From the NCBI GenBank assembly GCA_002269645.1, contig NIVC01000225.1, forward strand, positions 124,001 through 188,000: a stretch of 64,000 nt of DNA. Reading direction: 5' to 3'. The position numbers and the translations under genes were made by a program. Below, in pieces: positions 53,521 through 64,000 of the stretch. The notes beneath the pieces were generated by a model. That model saw only the letters and a list, made by a program, of their open reading frames with translations, was not told where the DNA came from and ran no database searches. The stretch is from Macrostomum lignano. Its lineage: Eukaryota. Position 1 is the stretch's first letter. Each line of letters starts with the position of its first letter.

Positions 53521-54779
53521 ACGATGGCACCAGCGATGGCGGCATTTTCCCGCATCATTATCCACACCCGCTGCCGCTGCAGCCAGCTCCTGTCGCGGCG
53601 ATCAACTGACTGTCAATAGCATCGTCTTGCCAACGCCGGAGCCGATGCTGTGGCCATTTCAACAATCGTTGTATCGCCACAGCCTGCAGTTGCACCAAAT
53701 GCGCTGTCGAAATGTGCAAAAAGTTTTCCTGTGCCGCCAACTCCGTCCGAGGCCAGGCGGATACCAAAAAGTGTCGTCTATCTGTATCACCCTTCTGGTG
53801 TCGGCAAGACGCACTCCGTGCACAGGCATCACTGAAATAATCAAGTTATCAATATATATCCGAACCGGGCTAGGGCAAAGTTGTTTATGGCCGTTTGGAC
53901 ACGTCGGTTCACACCGTGATGTACAATGCGTAAACCATCTATGCCTGGCATTATTTGACGATAAATCGGACGCGAGAGTAGGCACATAGGCGGTCGTCCT
54001 GTGGTAGTCATCCACGTTGGAAATTCCATGCACCGGATTACGCTGGATTACGCATGCGACGGTAGCTGCGCGCCGCACAGGGACTTCTACGGCAATCATA
54101 TGATTGGCTGGACTTGTGCAACTGTACAAAGACTATACATTGTCCTCGTCAGACACGTTCTTTTGAGCTGCAAAGCCACAGCGAGCGACGTGGCACAGAG
54201 GGCGGCGCGCAGGTAAATAAGCGGGTGAGCAAACCCCCACCCCACGGAGGGGTAGAGAGGACGGCGCACAAAGGCGCGGCACAAAGAACAGTGCGAGGAG
54301 GGGTGAATGGCTAACACCCATTTCACCCCAGGCTCACAAAGGAGCCCTAAGAGAAATGGCGGCAATAGCGTTTTGGGAATTGTTCGCTGTTTGCTTACTG
54401 TCATCAGTAGTATGCATGCCTTCATAGACGCACTCTGTGCAGGTGTTTTTATTTTTTTACTGCGTCGATTTTTTTAGTTTGTGTTTGGTTCAATTTTTCC
54501 GTCCCTAATTCAGAGTACTTGCTGCTGAATAGTTTGCCAAGATTCATATAATTGAACTTTATACATGTCCCGAATATTTTGATCTTTAATGTTTTTTACA
54601 TGACTCGTTGCAAAGCGCGAAAAAGGTGTACATATTATAGCTAAAACAAGTCAACTCGTTAAAGGAGTCCAAAATCCATGGCACTGATTTAAACAAAGTT
54701 CCCGCAAATAGTCTTTATGCCAATGATACGCTGGTACAACCGAATGGAAATTAGAAATTATACTCTTCTATACCATAAC

Positions 54780-57080
54780 AGCCACATCAAAGCACTCGGT
54801 CGGTCAAGACCACACGTCACGGCGTCACGGGAAACACCTCAGGGACTGGGAGCGAATGAATACCGCGATACCGACAGAATCCAGGGCCGAGTCCTCGCCG
54901 GCAACGGGGCAATGTGCCCAAATCTGGCGTCGCGCTACTATCATTCCCCTCCTCAAAAAAGCAAACCGGCCAGCTTGACCGCCTCCTACCGCCCAGTGAG
55001 CCTGACCTCCAGCGTTGTTCCAACCGCCTTTACTTCCTCGCTGATTCGCGAGACTGGCTATGCTACCAACAGGCTGTCTTTCGCAAACATCATAGCTGTG
55101 AGGACCTCATCCTCAGCGCCGTCCAAGCCATCAGTGACGGCTTCCAGACCTCACTATACTCAGGTCCCTCGTGGCGCTCTTCGACTTTTCTCAACTTTTC
55201 GACCGTGTCTGGCGGCAGCATCTGCTGCAGGCATCCTTCTCGATCTAGGCACCTCACTCCAGCTGGTCCGCTGGCTGTTCGCTTTTCTTTAAAATCGTGA
55301 GGCTCGCGTGCACTTCCAAGGTGGCACCAGCCGCTACCATCGCCTCCAGCAGGGCCTTCCCCAGGGATCGGTCCTCTCGTCTCTCCTCTTTATAATCTAC
55401 ATCAACTCCATTTCGTTACGCATCCCCGGAGATCCAACTCCTCATGTATGCTGAGGATGTCGCCATCCGTACGCAGCATCGCGACAAAGCTGTCGCTGAA
55501 GCTTCGCTCCAACGCGCGGCGACTGCTATTTCTGACTGGGGTCGCGGGCACAAGATGTGCATCAACCCAGTCAAGAGCGAAGTCTCTTTCTTCTCGACTG
55601 ACGTTCACGAGGCACACTGGCAACCTCATATCACGGCCAACGATGTTGCCCTCCCTTCAACGCCACTCCTCGATTTCTCGACGTGTATCTAGATCGCACC
55701 CTAGATCGCCTTCACGAAGCAAGTCGCAGAGGTCTGCCACACCGTCGTCTCCCACTCCCGCATTCTCATGTGCCTTGCTGCAAAGGACTGGGGCTGGCAC
55801 AAGGACAGTCTGAGGACGGTCTGAGGAGGGTTGCAGCGCAGCGTGCTTCACTGTGCAGCCCACGCGTGGCGTGACACCCGTAGCTCTCGTGCACCTCCAC
55901 CGAGCGCCTTCAACGCGCTCAGAACCAGGCCCTCGCTGCATCACTGGCCAGCACCGCAGCACGCCAACTGAGGCTCTGCACTGGAAGCTGGAGTCTGCAC
56001 CTTTACCACCAGTCGCCAACTCAGCCTCCTGGCCTACGAGAAAGCCCTCCGCTTGTCAGCCTCGTACCCACGCTACCTCGCCGCTACTGCCACGGTCCGG
56101 CATCGCACCACTCCCAACAGCTTGAGGCATCTCGGCGCTCAGCTTGCCGCCCAACTGCCGGCTGAGTTTCACCACAGCAAGCCACTTCCGGCCCTGCCGC
56201 TCTGTCTCTGGACAGCTCACATTGACTGCTCCTTCCAGTTGAACATTGACGGCAACCTGACAAAGGCCGACGACCCAGGTATGTTTTACGAAAACGCCCT
56301 TCAGGCTATTCACCGCATTAATGCGGACGTGATAATCTACGCGGACGGATCCACCGCAGGTGGCTGCGAATTCGGTGGTGCAGCAGCGGTGGTGACTACG
56401 GGTGACCCCGGTGCTCCCTTCATCCTCCACACGGCTCTTACCCGTGGTCGCTGCTAAAGTCCTCATTTGAAGAAGAACAATCGACCTTCCGCCTTGCCTG
56501 CTGCTGGGCTGCGGAAGACGCGAACTCTGGAAGTGTCGCCGTCTGCTCCGACAGCTAGTCCCTGATCTCTGCTCTCGCCTGCGGACGTCGCCGCGAGCTC
56601 TCCATGGTTATTCCTTCTAACATCTGCGCCTTTCAGTAGATCCCCAGCCACTGCAACATCTCGGGCAACGAGGTGGCGCAGACGCTGCGGCAAACTCGAA
56701 CATCGGGCCGCATGCTCATCTGGACGTGCCCCCTCGCCGTGCCCCCATTTCCTGGGCCTCCGCATGTGCTTTCATCTTCCGTCTCCTCACCGATCCGCCA
56801 TCCGTCACCGAGCACCACCACACACGGCCTGTGTTTATAACGCTCTCTCGCATTGGCGGGACAGAGAACAACTCCCCACCAGACAGGATACGGTGCTTCT
56901 GGGCCTCCCTCGTTCCGGCTACTGCTGGATCCTACAAGCCTACAGGGCTCTTCTTAATCCAAGCATCGACCCCGGTTGCCCCCGCTGTGGCGTGGAGGCC
57001 GACACGCTTGAGCATTGGGTCTCTGTTGAGCGCCTGGGCTCCTTTGCCTTCAACAACAACGACAACAACAACAACAAAAG
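54780..57080 (+). mobile_element. Degenerate non-LTR retrotransposon with RT, RNase H and C-terminal CCHC (I-group-like), (CAA)n tail
   Basis: IWRRATIIPLLKK.KPAS..ASYRPVSLTS, QQAVFRKHHSCEDL, QGLPQGSVLS.LLF.IYIN, MYAEDVAI (YADD), IIYADGS (RNase H), CPRCGVEADTLEHW, then CAACAACAAC at 57052-57080. Many frameshifts. Confidence 0.88.
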
Positions 57081-60000
57081 CGTCAGCAGCAGTGTACGTG
57101 TTCTGGGATGCAGCTCTGTACGATCCTCCTCAACTTCCTGCGGGGTGCTGCAGTGAGGGCACTTTGCCTACCGAACCATGTCAAGTCTGCACATCAGCAG
57201 CGGAGGAAGCGAGCTTCAGGTTCAGAAGCAGATATTCAGTTTGCGATCTACAGAAAGCGGATTGGAAAAGATGGCGAGGTAATGTGCACTTGGGGTGTCT
57301 GAAAAGGAAATTCCATTCAGTGTCAGTGTCTGGCCACGGAAAGTACGTTCTGCAGGACATGATTGCGAAATCCAGCAAAGTGAATAAGGATCAGGAGCTC
57401 TGGGAGAAGTTCCGGCGGAAACCCGGCAAGACTAAAAGGAGAAGTTGATAGCAGTGGCGCAGAGCTGATGATGGCCTGCCAGCTTGATTCCCCGATGGCG
57501 CTACAAGGCGAGAGATGGAGTACAGCGTTGGCAATTCTCGCTGGTTATTTAATGAGTTAAAAAGCAGCCCATTGATTCATTCGAATTTTCTCGATCGCTG
57601 GAGCCACTGCGGTGCGCAGTCGTTGAAACAATGAGCTGCGCATCTGCTCCTAACATCCCATTGCGCTATCTGCACTAATACTCTTCCCGGGAATTTGAGA
57701 TAAGTCCCAAAGCTCAGAGTCACGAGACAGTCTGATTGCCAACTGATCTCATTCTTGAGCTCTTCCGTGATCCCATAAGCTTCCTTCTGTTCGGGACATG
57801 CACTTTGAGAGGCTTAGCCTGTCTGCATCTGATCTTTCTGTAGGGGCTTCTAAGGATAGAGATAGGGATATCTCTGCCTACCGCAGCATTGAGAGACAAT
57901 AGTTGACGCTGCGGGCGTCACTGCTGTACAAGACGGATGCAACTTGCATCAAAACTGTGCCAACGGTCTGCTCCCTACTTGGTGTACAAATAATTCCGGC
58001 CAAATTTCGTGACATTTTGTTTGAACCTTCGATTCCATTTACGAGTAATAACAGCGCTTTCGAGCTGGAATAGAAGCAAATCTAAATTTGGCGAAAGCCG
58101 ACAGCCATCCAATGCAATTAGCCCGATTAATAGACAGAATTCTGGCAACAGCGGCTTTGATGGGAGACTGACAGTTGCGTGATTCAATTATCAATAACCT
58201 CCTGTAGGCAACAACCGCTTGCGTGCGATATGCCTTCGGATGCGTCATCACTGATTAACCGATTCTTGAGTCTTCCGACTGCTGAGCACGATTTTGCCCG
58301 TATAAAAATTTGAGCCTCATTTCAGGCAGCAATATTTGCGATATTTCTGCGCATGATTTTCAAGGAACTGAGCACAGCCTATAGCATTCATTAATTTAGA
58401 GTGCAAATCTCTATATTCATAGGAGGAGGCGATGCACATTCAAGACAAATTCTTGACAATTCAGCACCTTAGAAATGCTCAAAAGTCATAAGGATTTTTT
58501 AACGTCTGGAGTCTGGAGTGACTCATAGGTAACATGAAACTTGCTGTAGATGTGCGGCATCACAGTTTAGTACTTTGTGAACTTTTGATTTTCTGTGTTG
58601 CCCCTTTGTCAGAGTGGGGAACTGAGGCTAAAAATAGCTTTAAAATTGTCCTATCTAAACTGTTACTCCGAACAGCTGTTGACAGTGTGCTGCAGATGGA
58701 AACTCGCCATCACAGCTTGAGAATTCAACCCAGACTGAGCCTTCGCCACAAATTAAAAGCGAAAAGCGAGAAGAACGCCAGATGTCTCTTTCGCTCGCTT
58801 TGGATTTAAATATTCATAAGGCCGGACTCTGCTTATCCGGAGCAATTTGCAAGCAAATTTAGTTGGCGGCTCCGAAGGTACTCCGCTGCTGCAAGCGGCC
58901 TCCCGAGAGGCTGCCCCTCTTCCCCTCTCTCTCTGGCCTGAGCGTGCTCAGCTCTGCCAGTCCTCTGCCTTCTTTGGGGAGAAGTTTATTTAAATAATGA
59001 ATTAGTTGAGCCACATTTTGCCCTCTTTAGGAAACAGCAGCAGGTCGCGGGGATGGCCGCGCCTGCTGTCATGCTTTTTCACTTTTTTGCAGATCGCTTT
59101 CCCCACAGGGGCAGGCGAGCTCGGGGGGGGGGGGGCTTCACGTGAAACTGCCGGGGAGCTTGGATTGTCCGTCAGCCCCGAATTTGCGGCTCGCTCCGGC
59201 CGCATGAACAGCGGGAAATTTATGTCCCCCCCTTGACGGGCTCTGCTTTCGCGGAAGAGGGGAGGGGATCCGTAGCGGAATAGAAAGGTGAGCGCAGCTT
59301 GAAGAAAGAGAATCCGGAGAGGCGATCCGCTGCCAGGGGAAGAAGGGAGGGAAGTGCGGAACCGAATGGAGAGCTCAGGAGGGCCGGTAGCCGGCTTGAG
59401 CTGCCCCGGCAGTCCTGGAGTAGCCACTCGAATCACTGCAGCTCTCTCTTCTCGGCCATCCGGCCGGGTTGCTCACTCACTCGGCCGGGCCAAGAGTGAG
59501 CGGCCATTGCAGCAGTCGGAGAGGCTGAGCTGACAACTTGAAGCAGCCCCTGCGCTGCGGCAGCCCTGCTGCTGTTACTGATTTCGCACTCACAGCATGC
59601 AACTTCCGGCTCCTGAGCTCTCTGCCCCGACACCTGGCCTGCAGGGCCTGTGGGTTTGCTGTCCGATGAGCAGCTTCCAGTCTGTGTGAGCAGCCGCAGC
59701 AATCAGCTGGCGGCCCTCCAAAGCTGCCGCATTGTTTTCATTAGCCAAGGGCCGCCCGCCTGCACTATTAATAAATGCGCGCCGGCAGTCAATCGGCTGA
59801 TTGCGGCTGGAGATTCGCGGCTTAGCAGGGCAGCCCAGGGACAATTTGTTGATTGGAAATCCTTCATCGACCCTGCAGCCGAGAGACTGGAGCGGGGCTG
59901 ACCAAGCTGTTAATGCTGCGGAGTGCATAATCCATGCACGAATCGGGGAAGCTGAGCACTTGATGAATCGAAGTACGAGCTTGAGCCGAAAGTTAATGGA

Positions 60001-60214
60001 CAATTTTTAGACTCCCCCGCCACCCCCCCCCCCCCTGCATCCGGTCGCCCCGGCAACGAGCTGGGCGATTGACTAGCCTTTCCAGCCCGCCTGCCCATGG
60101 CCCCACCCCCGCCGTCGTGATCCCACCCATTAACCACAGTGGGTGACATCCGAGCACAGGGAGAGGTGGCAGTCCCGCGCTGCTGTTCCCCCATCCTCAC
60201 CTGACCTCCGCAGT

Positions 60215-60631
60215 TCTCTTCTTGGACTCTTGGATATCAAGGCGGTCACCATGGCCCTCTCAAGTCAATAGCAGCTTTGTTAGGCATGGCTACCCCAGGA
60301 GAAAGCCGCAGTGAGGATACCTATTCTGCCTCTCCGGTGTCCGGCGTTGAGATTGCGGAGCTCTTGATCTATGAATGCCGCGCCTTTACTCACGACTGGC
60401 TCACCTACCTCGGCCCAGATCTCTCCCAGACGTTTACAAGCCCGAGAATTTCTACCAGCTCGTCCGCTACCTAGGGGCTACCTGGCGAGCGACCGTCCAC
60501 CTCTGGGACTTCCCGTGGGGCACCGCGCTGCGGACGCGGCACTACCGGAGCATCAACTGCCCCTGGTCGACAGGGGTTAGCGGAATGGGCGGGATGTCCG
60601 GAACCCCCTGCAGCCAAGTCAAGTCAAGTCG
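60215..60631 (+). mobile_element. 5'-truncated LINE 3' end (C-terminal zinc-knuckle region, 3' stem-loop, (CAAGT)n tail)
   Basis: Joining frames 60277 and 60375 across a -1 in a C run at 60425-60427 gives GVEIAELLIYECRAFTHDWLTYLGPDLSPDVYKPENFYQLVRYLGAT, resembling the LINE ETxEHL+xEC...R...LG....+.F+..TG terminus. It ends in CAAGTCAAGTCAAGTC. Confidence 0.65.
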
Positions 60632-61539
60632 TGCAGCTAAAAGTTTGCCAGCATTTGAGTCTGTCAAGAGTCTCCGCGGCTTTCAGGCTTTCGCCAGTTA
60701 ATTACCATTGCGCAGATAATCAAAATGACTCTATTAAACGATTTCACGGAGCTGTCTCAGTAGATGTCTCTCATTCAGGCTCACAAAGCCGTGGCTAATC
60801 CAGTCTCCCATTACTCCGGACTCGTGCGGAAGGAGAAGCGACCGGTCGAGGCGGCAGCGGGGAGGATCTGCGAGCAGGGAATTTGATGCAGGGATTCGAT
60901 AAAATCAATCTCGGCAGCATCTTCCCACGCACCGGGACGCAATTATGGCCGGGCCACCTGCCTCCCAGCTGCAGAATCCTTCATCTCTTTCCTATCACGC
61001 CGAGAGCCGTAACTCACGGGAAGGAGCTGGCAGGGCATTCAGTCAGAGAGGATGTGTTGGGCATCACTGGGACTGTGCCGCGCGCTCGCACAGACAGAGC
61101 CACCGAGGTAAGGGGAGGATTATCCCATCGGACCTGCGTTAGCTGAGAGGCCGGCGGCTTAGGGGAAGGGGGGGCAGAGAGGAGCGGCGAGGACAAAATG
61201 AGGAGTGGCGGGCGGTTTGGCGGAGCGGGCGGCCGGGCGCTCCGGCCAGTTTGGCAAACTGAATAATGCATCGCAAATGCGGCTGATACACGCCGGCGCA
61301 AACACTGCAGCGCCAAGTCGTCTCCCTTCTCCTCTCTATCATCGCCTGACCCGCCATTGGCTCTGCCGCTCTGTTGAGCTGCCCAGCCGGGATTGGGGAG
61401 CCGCCCGGCCTCAAGAGGAGCCTCTCGCGCCGGCCCCTTCGTCCGTGTTGCTGCGCGAAGCAGGGGAGTCGTGCCGAACAATTTCCCGAGAGAATCCGCG
61501 CGCGACCCGAGCTCGGCAGGCCGGCACCCTCGAGCGAAC

Positions 61540-61659
61540 ATGCCGGCGCCGATGCCGCCTGACGGTCACGTGACCCTGCGAGGTGACAAGACGCGGCAGC
61601 AGTTGCCGCCTCAGCGACAGTCGATCCTGCGCAGACTACCGAGGCTCAGCCTGTTCAAG
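61540..61659 (+). CDS. Possible first coding exon of a gene continuing beyond the window
   Basis: 40 codons (MPAPMPPDGHVTLRGDKTRQQLPPQRQSILRRLPRLSLFK) with GC3 bias, ending at a strong phase-0 donor AAG|GTGAGA. No downstream exon or homology recognised. Confidence 0.3.
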
Positions 61660-63804
61660 GTGAGAGCCTCTGGCTGTGGAATGCGGCATTGCGGGAAAGA
61701 TTGGCCCCGCAGATTGGGGCGCGAACTGCGCGGCAGTTCAGCTGTCAGTCCGGAATCGCGACACGAAGCCCGCAATCGGCCGCTCCAGGAAAAGTGCAGC
61801 GATCGAATCCCCGCATCCCTTCTTCTCGGGTCCCCGGCTCGTCCCTATTCTGCCTCTCCCCACTTCCCTACGCCCTCAACTGAAGCTGCCCTCTCGTCTC
61901 TTCAGTCTCCCCCCACTCTTTCGTCGCCTCTTCAATCGAATGCTCGAGTAAACCCACTCTGGAGTGGCTGGATAAGACAAAAAATTCGCCACAGTTCGAA
62001 CTCGGGAGCCATCATCGCCCGCCACCCCCGATCGGGCGGGGGTGGCACCCCCGACTGGCAGTTCCCGTTCGCGCCACAGTTCAGAGAACTGCCAGTGAGC
62101 TGATATTTGCCAGTAGGAAAACTGTCTGAGACACCCTCAGACAGCTGAGATCTCTGTCAGCGAATGCAGCTGCACTGCGGCAGGCTGGGTGACTTTTTGA
62201 GCCTGCAGCCTCAGGTGATCCCCAGCCCCGGCGCCGCTTCCCCATCAATCTCGGGATTTCTCGCACCCAGGAGGGCTCTAGCCGCTGTCACTCTTCCCTC
62301 TTCACCGACCAATATTCCCACTTTTCATTTCCACCCTTCCATTCTTGCTTCCTCTCTCTGCCTGCCACTCGCTGGGAAGTTTTATCCCGTGTCCCAGCAT
62401 CTCTGCCTCATCACCCCAGGCGCCCTGGCATTGTTTGTATTATCGATCCCAACCTAAGACTTCTCCTTTCCCTTCAGCTCACCCATTTTGCTCCCCCAAT
62501 TCTAAGAATTTGCCACTCTAGGCAACAGACCAATGCAGCAGATGTGAGCAGACCCCCCTGCTTTTTGCTCCCGGCCTCGGGCTCTCGAGAAATTAACAGG
62601 CACTCATCATGTGCGCCTTCTTGCTCCCGCGCGCAGCTGCTGCTGGGCAGGTGCAGCCTCTAGCAGCAGATATCCACCTCATCCTTATCCGGGATCGCCC
62701 ACACCATGCTTCTCTGTCCAGCTCAGGCCGCGGTGCCTAATCAGCCGTGAATTTCGCTGCCCGCCGGGCCTCGGTCCTCTTTTGCACTCAAAGCGATGCT
62801 GAGGATTCCGCAAATGGCATCCATAGTGAGGCTGGGAATCGGTTCCCTGTAATGCTTTTTGCCCCCCCCCGGGGCTGAAAATAGAATCCCGAGCTAGCAA
62901 AATTCCTGCTTGTGCACTTCTCACTCTTCTCACTACACCGCTATTTCTTACTGAAGCCGCGGGCTTCCCGGCCTGCCCGCCACCAAGTTTGTTCCCAATT
63001 TTACCCCCCCCCTCAATTTAATATTTAGTCTCCCAGTCAGTTTTCTGACACATTTATTATCCCTCCTCGCCTTTATCTCCGCCCGGCCAGCCCAGCTGAT
63101 CCTACAGGCGGATTAGCTGCCTGTGCAGACCAGCCTCCCGAACTGCCGGGCAGAAAGTGATGAAGCAGCCGCGGGGAGGCTGGGCGGGGCTGAATAATAA
63201 TTTAATAAGCGCCGCCGCGAGCATGAAAGGGGCCGGCCGGGGCCGTAGGTCCGCGCCCGCCCCCCTCGCCTGACTTTTAATCGCCTCTCCCGACTCGCGG
63301 TAGGGGGGGGGGCGAATCAATTTTTCTGCCTGGAGACTCGGGACAGGCGGAGTCGAGGAGGCCGCCGAGCTCGGATTCCGCCTGCCAGTCTGAATCGATT
63401 GCGCAGCTGCCGCGCGAAGGAGATTGAGCACACAGTCTTCGCGTGCTCAAGTCAGGCAGCCTTTTGGAGACAGGGCGGGCGATTGACATGAGTGGGAGTC
63501 TCCCGACGGGGTTCAGCACTCTTCTTTGCCCCCTGACCCTCCGCAGCCGCTGCTGGTCCCAGAAATTCCCTGTCTCAGAAACGACAGACGAATGCTTGCA
63601 GTCCCTCTGTGCAAACATTTGAATTCGCGAATATATTAATTTTGCCCCACTGTGTATGCACAGCTGCGCTACTGACTACTTAGACCAGTAGATAGCGAGT
63701 GCGTGCTGATTCTGAAAAAAATTATCTTTATTTCTTAGAGAAACTACAAGCAGTTTAGATCTGCAGATGCATGTACACTCTCGCACATGAAATATATTGG
63801 CAGC

Positions 63805-64000
63805 TAGATTAGCTATTTGGCTGCTTCATCATCCTAGATTGGCACTCAATTTGGTTCCTTCATCATCCTAGATTAGCTATCCATTTGGCTGCTTCATTAT
63901 CCTAGATTAGCAATCCATTTGGCTGCTTCATCATCCTAGATTAGCAATCCATTTGGCTGCTTCATCATCCTAGATTAGCAATCAATTTGGTTCCTTCATC
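63805..64000. repeat. 34-bp minisatellite (TTGGCTGCTTCATCATCCTAGATTAGCAATCCAT)n running off the window end
   Basis: Tandem units seen directly. Confidence 0.9.

Noticed and set aside
60375-60701. 108-aa ORF with good codon bias as a novel gene exon
   Set aside because: The codon bias switches frame at 60425, and the joined peptide, stem-loop and (CAAGT)n tail fit a LINE 3' end better.

Overview
This is eukaryotic (animal) genomic DNA with GC-rich exons, AT-rich transposon-filled spacers and a different minisatellite in many of the introns. That style suggests a free-living flatworm such as Macrostomum, which is an inference and not verified. Host genes reconstructed with splice sites and reading phases checked by hand: SHMT (+, 5 coding exons), a small ubiquitin-like-fold ORF (-), a tight co-oriented cluster of Rab escort protein (CHM/REP), GSTCD and TMEM126 (+), an Mnx/HB9 homeobox gene (+, 3 exons) and a convergent PCGF-family RING/RAWUL gene (-). 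Mobile DNA includes a 9.2 kb CMC/EnSpm-type transposon carrying a transposase and a spliced second gene, several TIR elements with 8-bp TSDs, a degenerate mariner, a gypsy-type gag fragment and several LINE remnants. The main observation is that PCGF and TMEM126 have conserved N-terminal coding sequence but no usable genomic ATG near it. Their frames begin in phase at 3' splice acceptors, as expected if the AUG-terminated flatworm spliced leader supplies the start codon by trans-splicing, probably within a CHM-GSTCD-TMEM126 operon. Most short ORFs in the supplied track are repeat read-throughs or antisense shadows.
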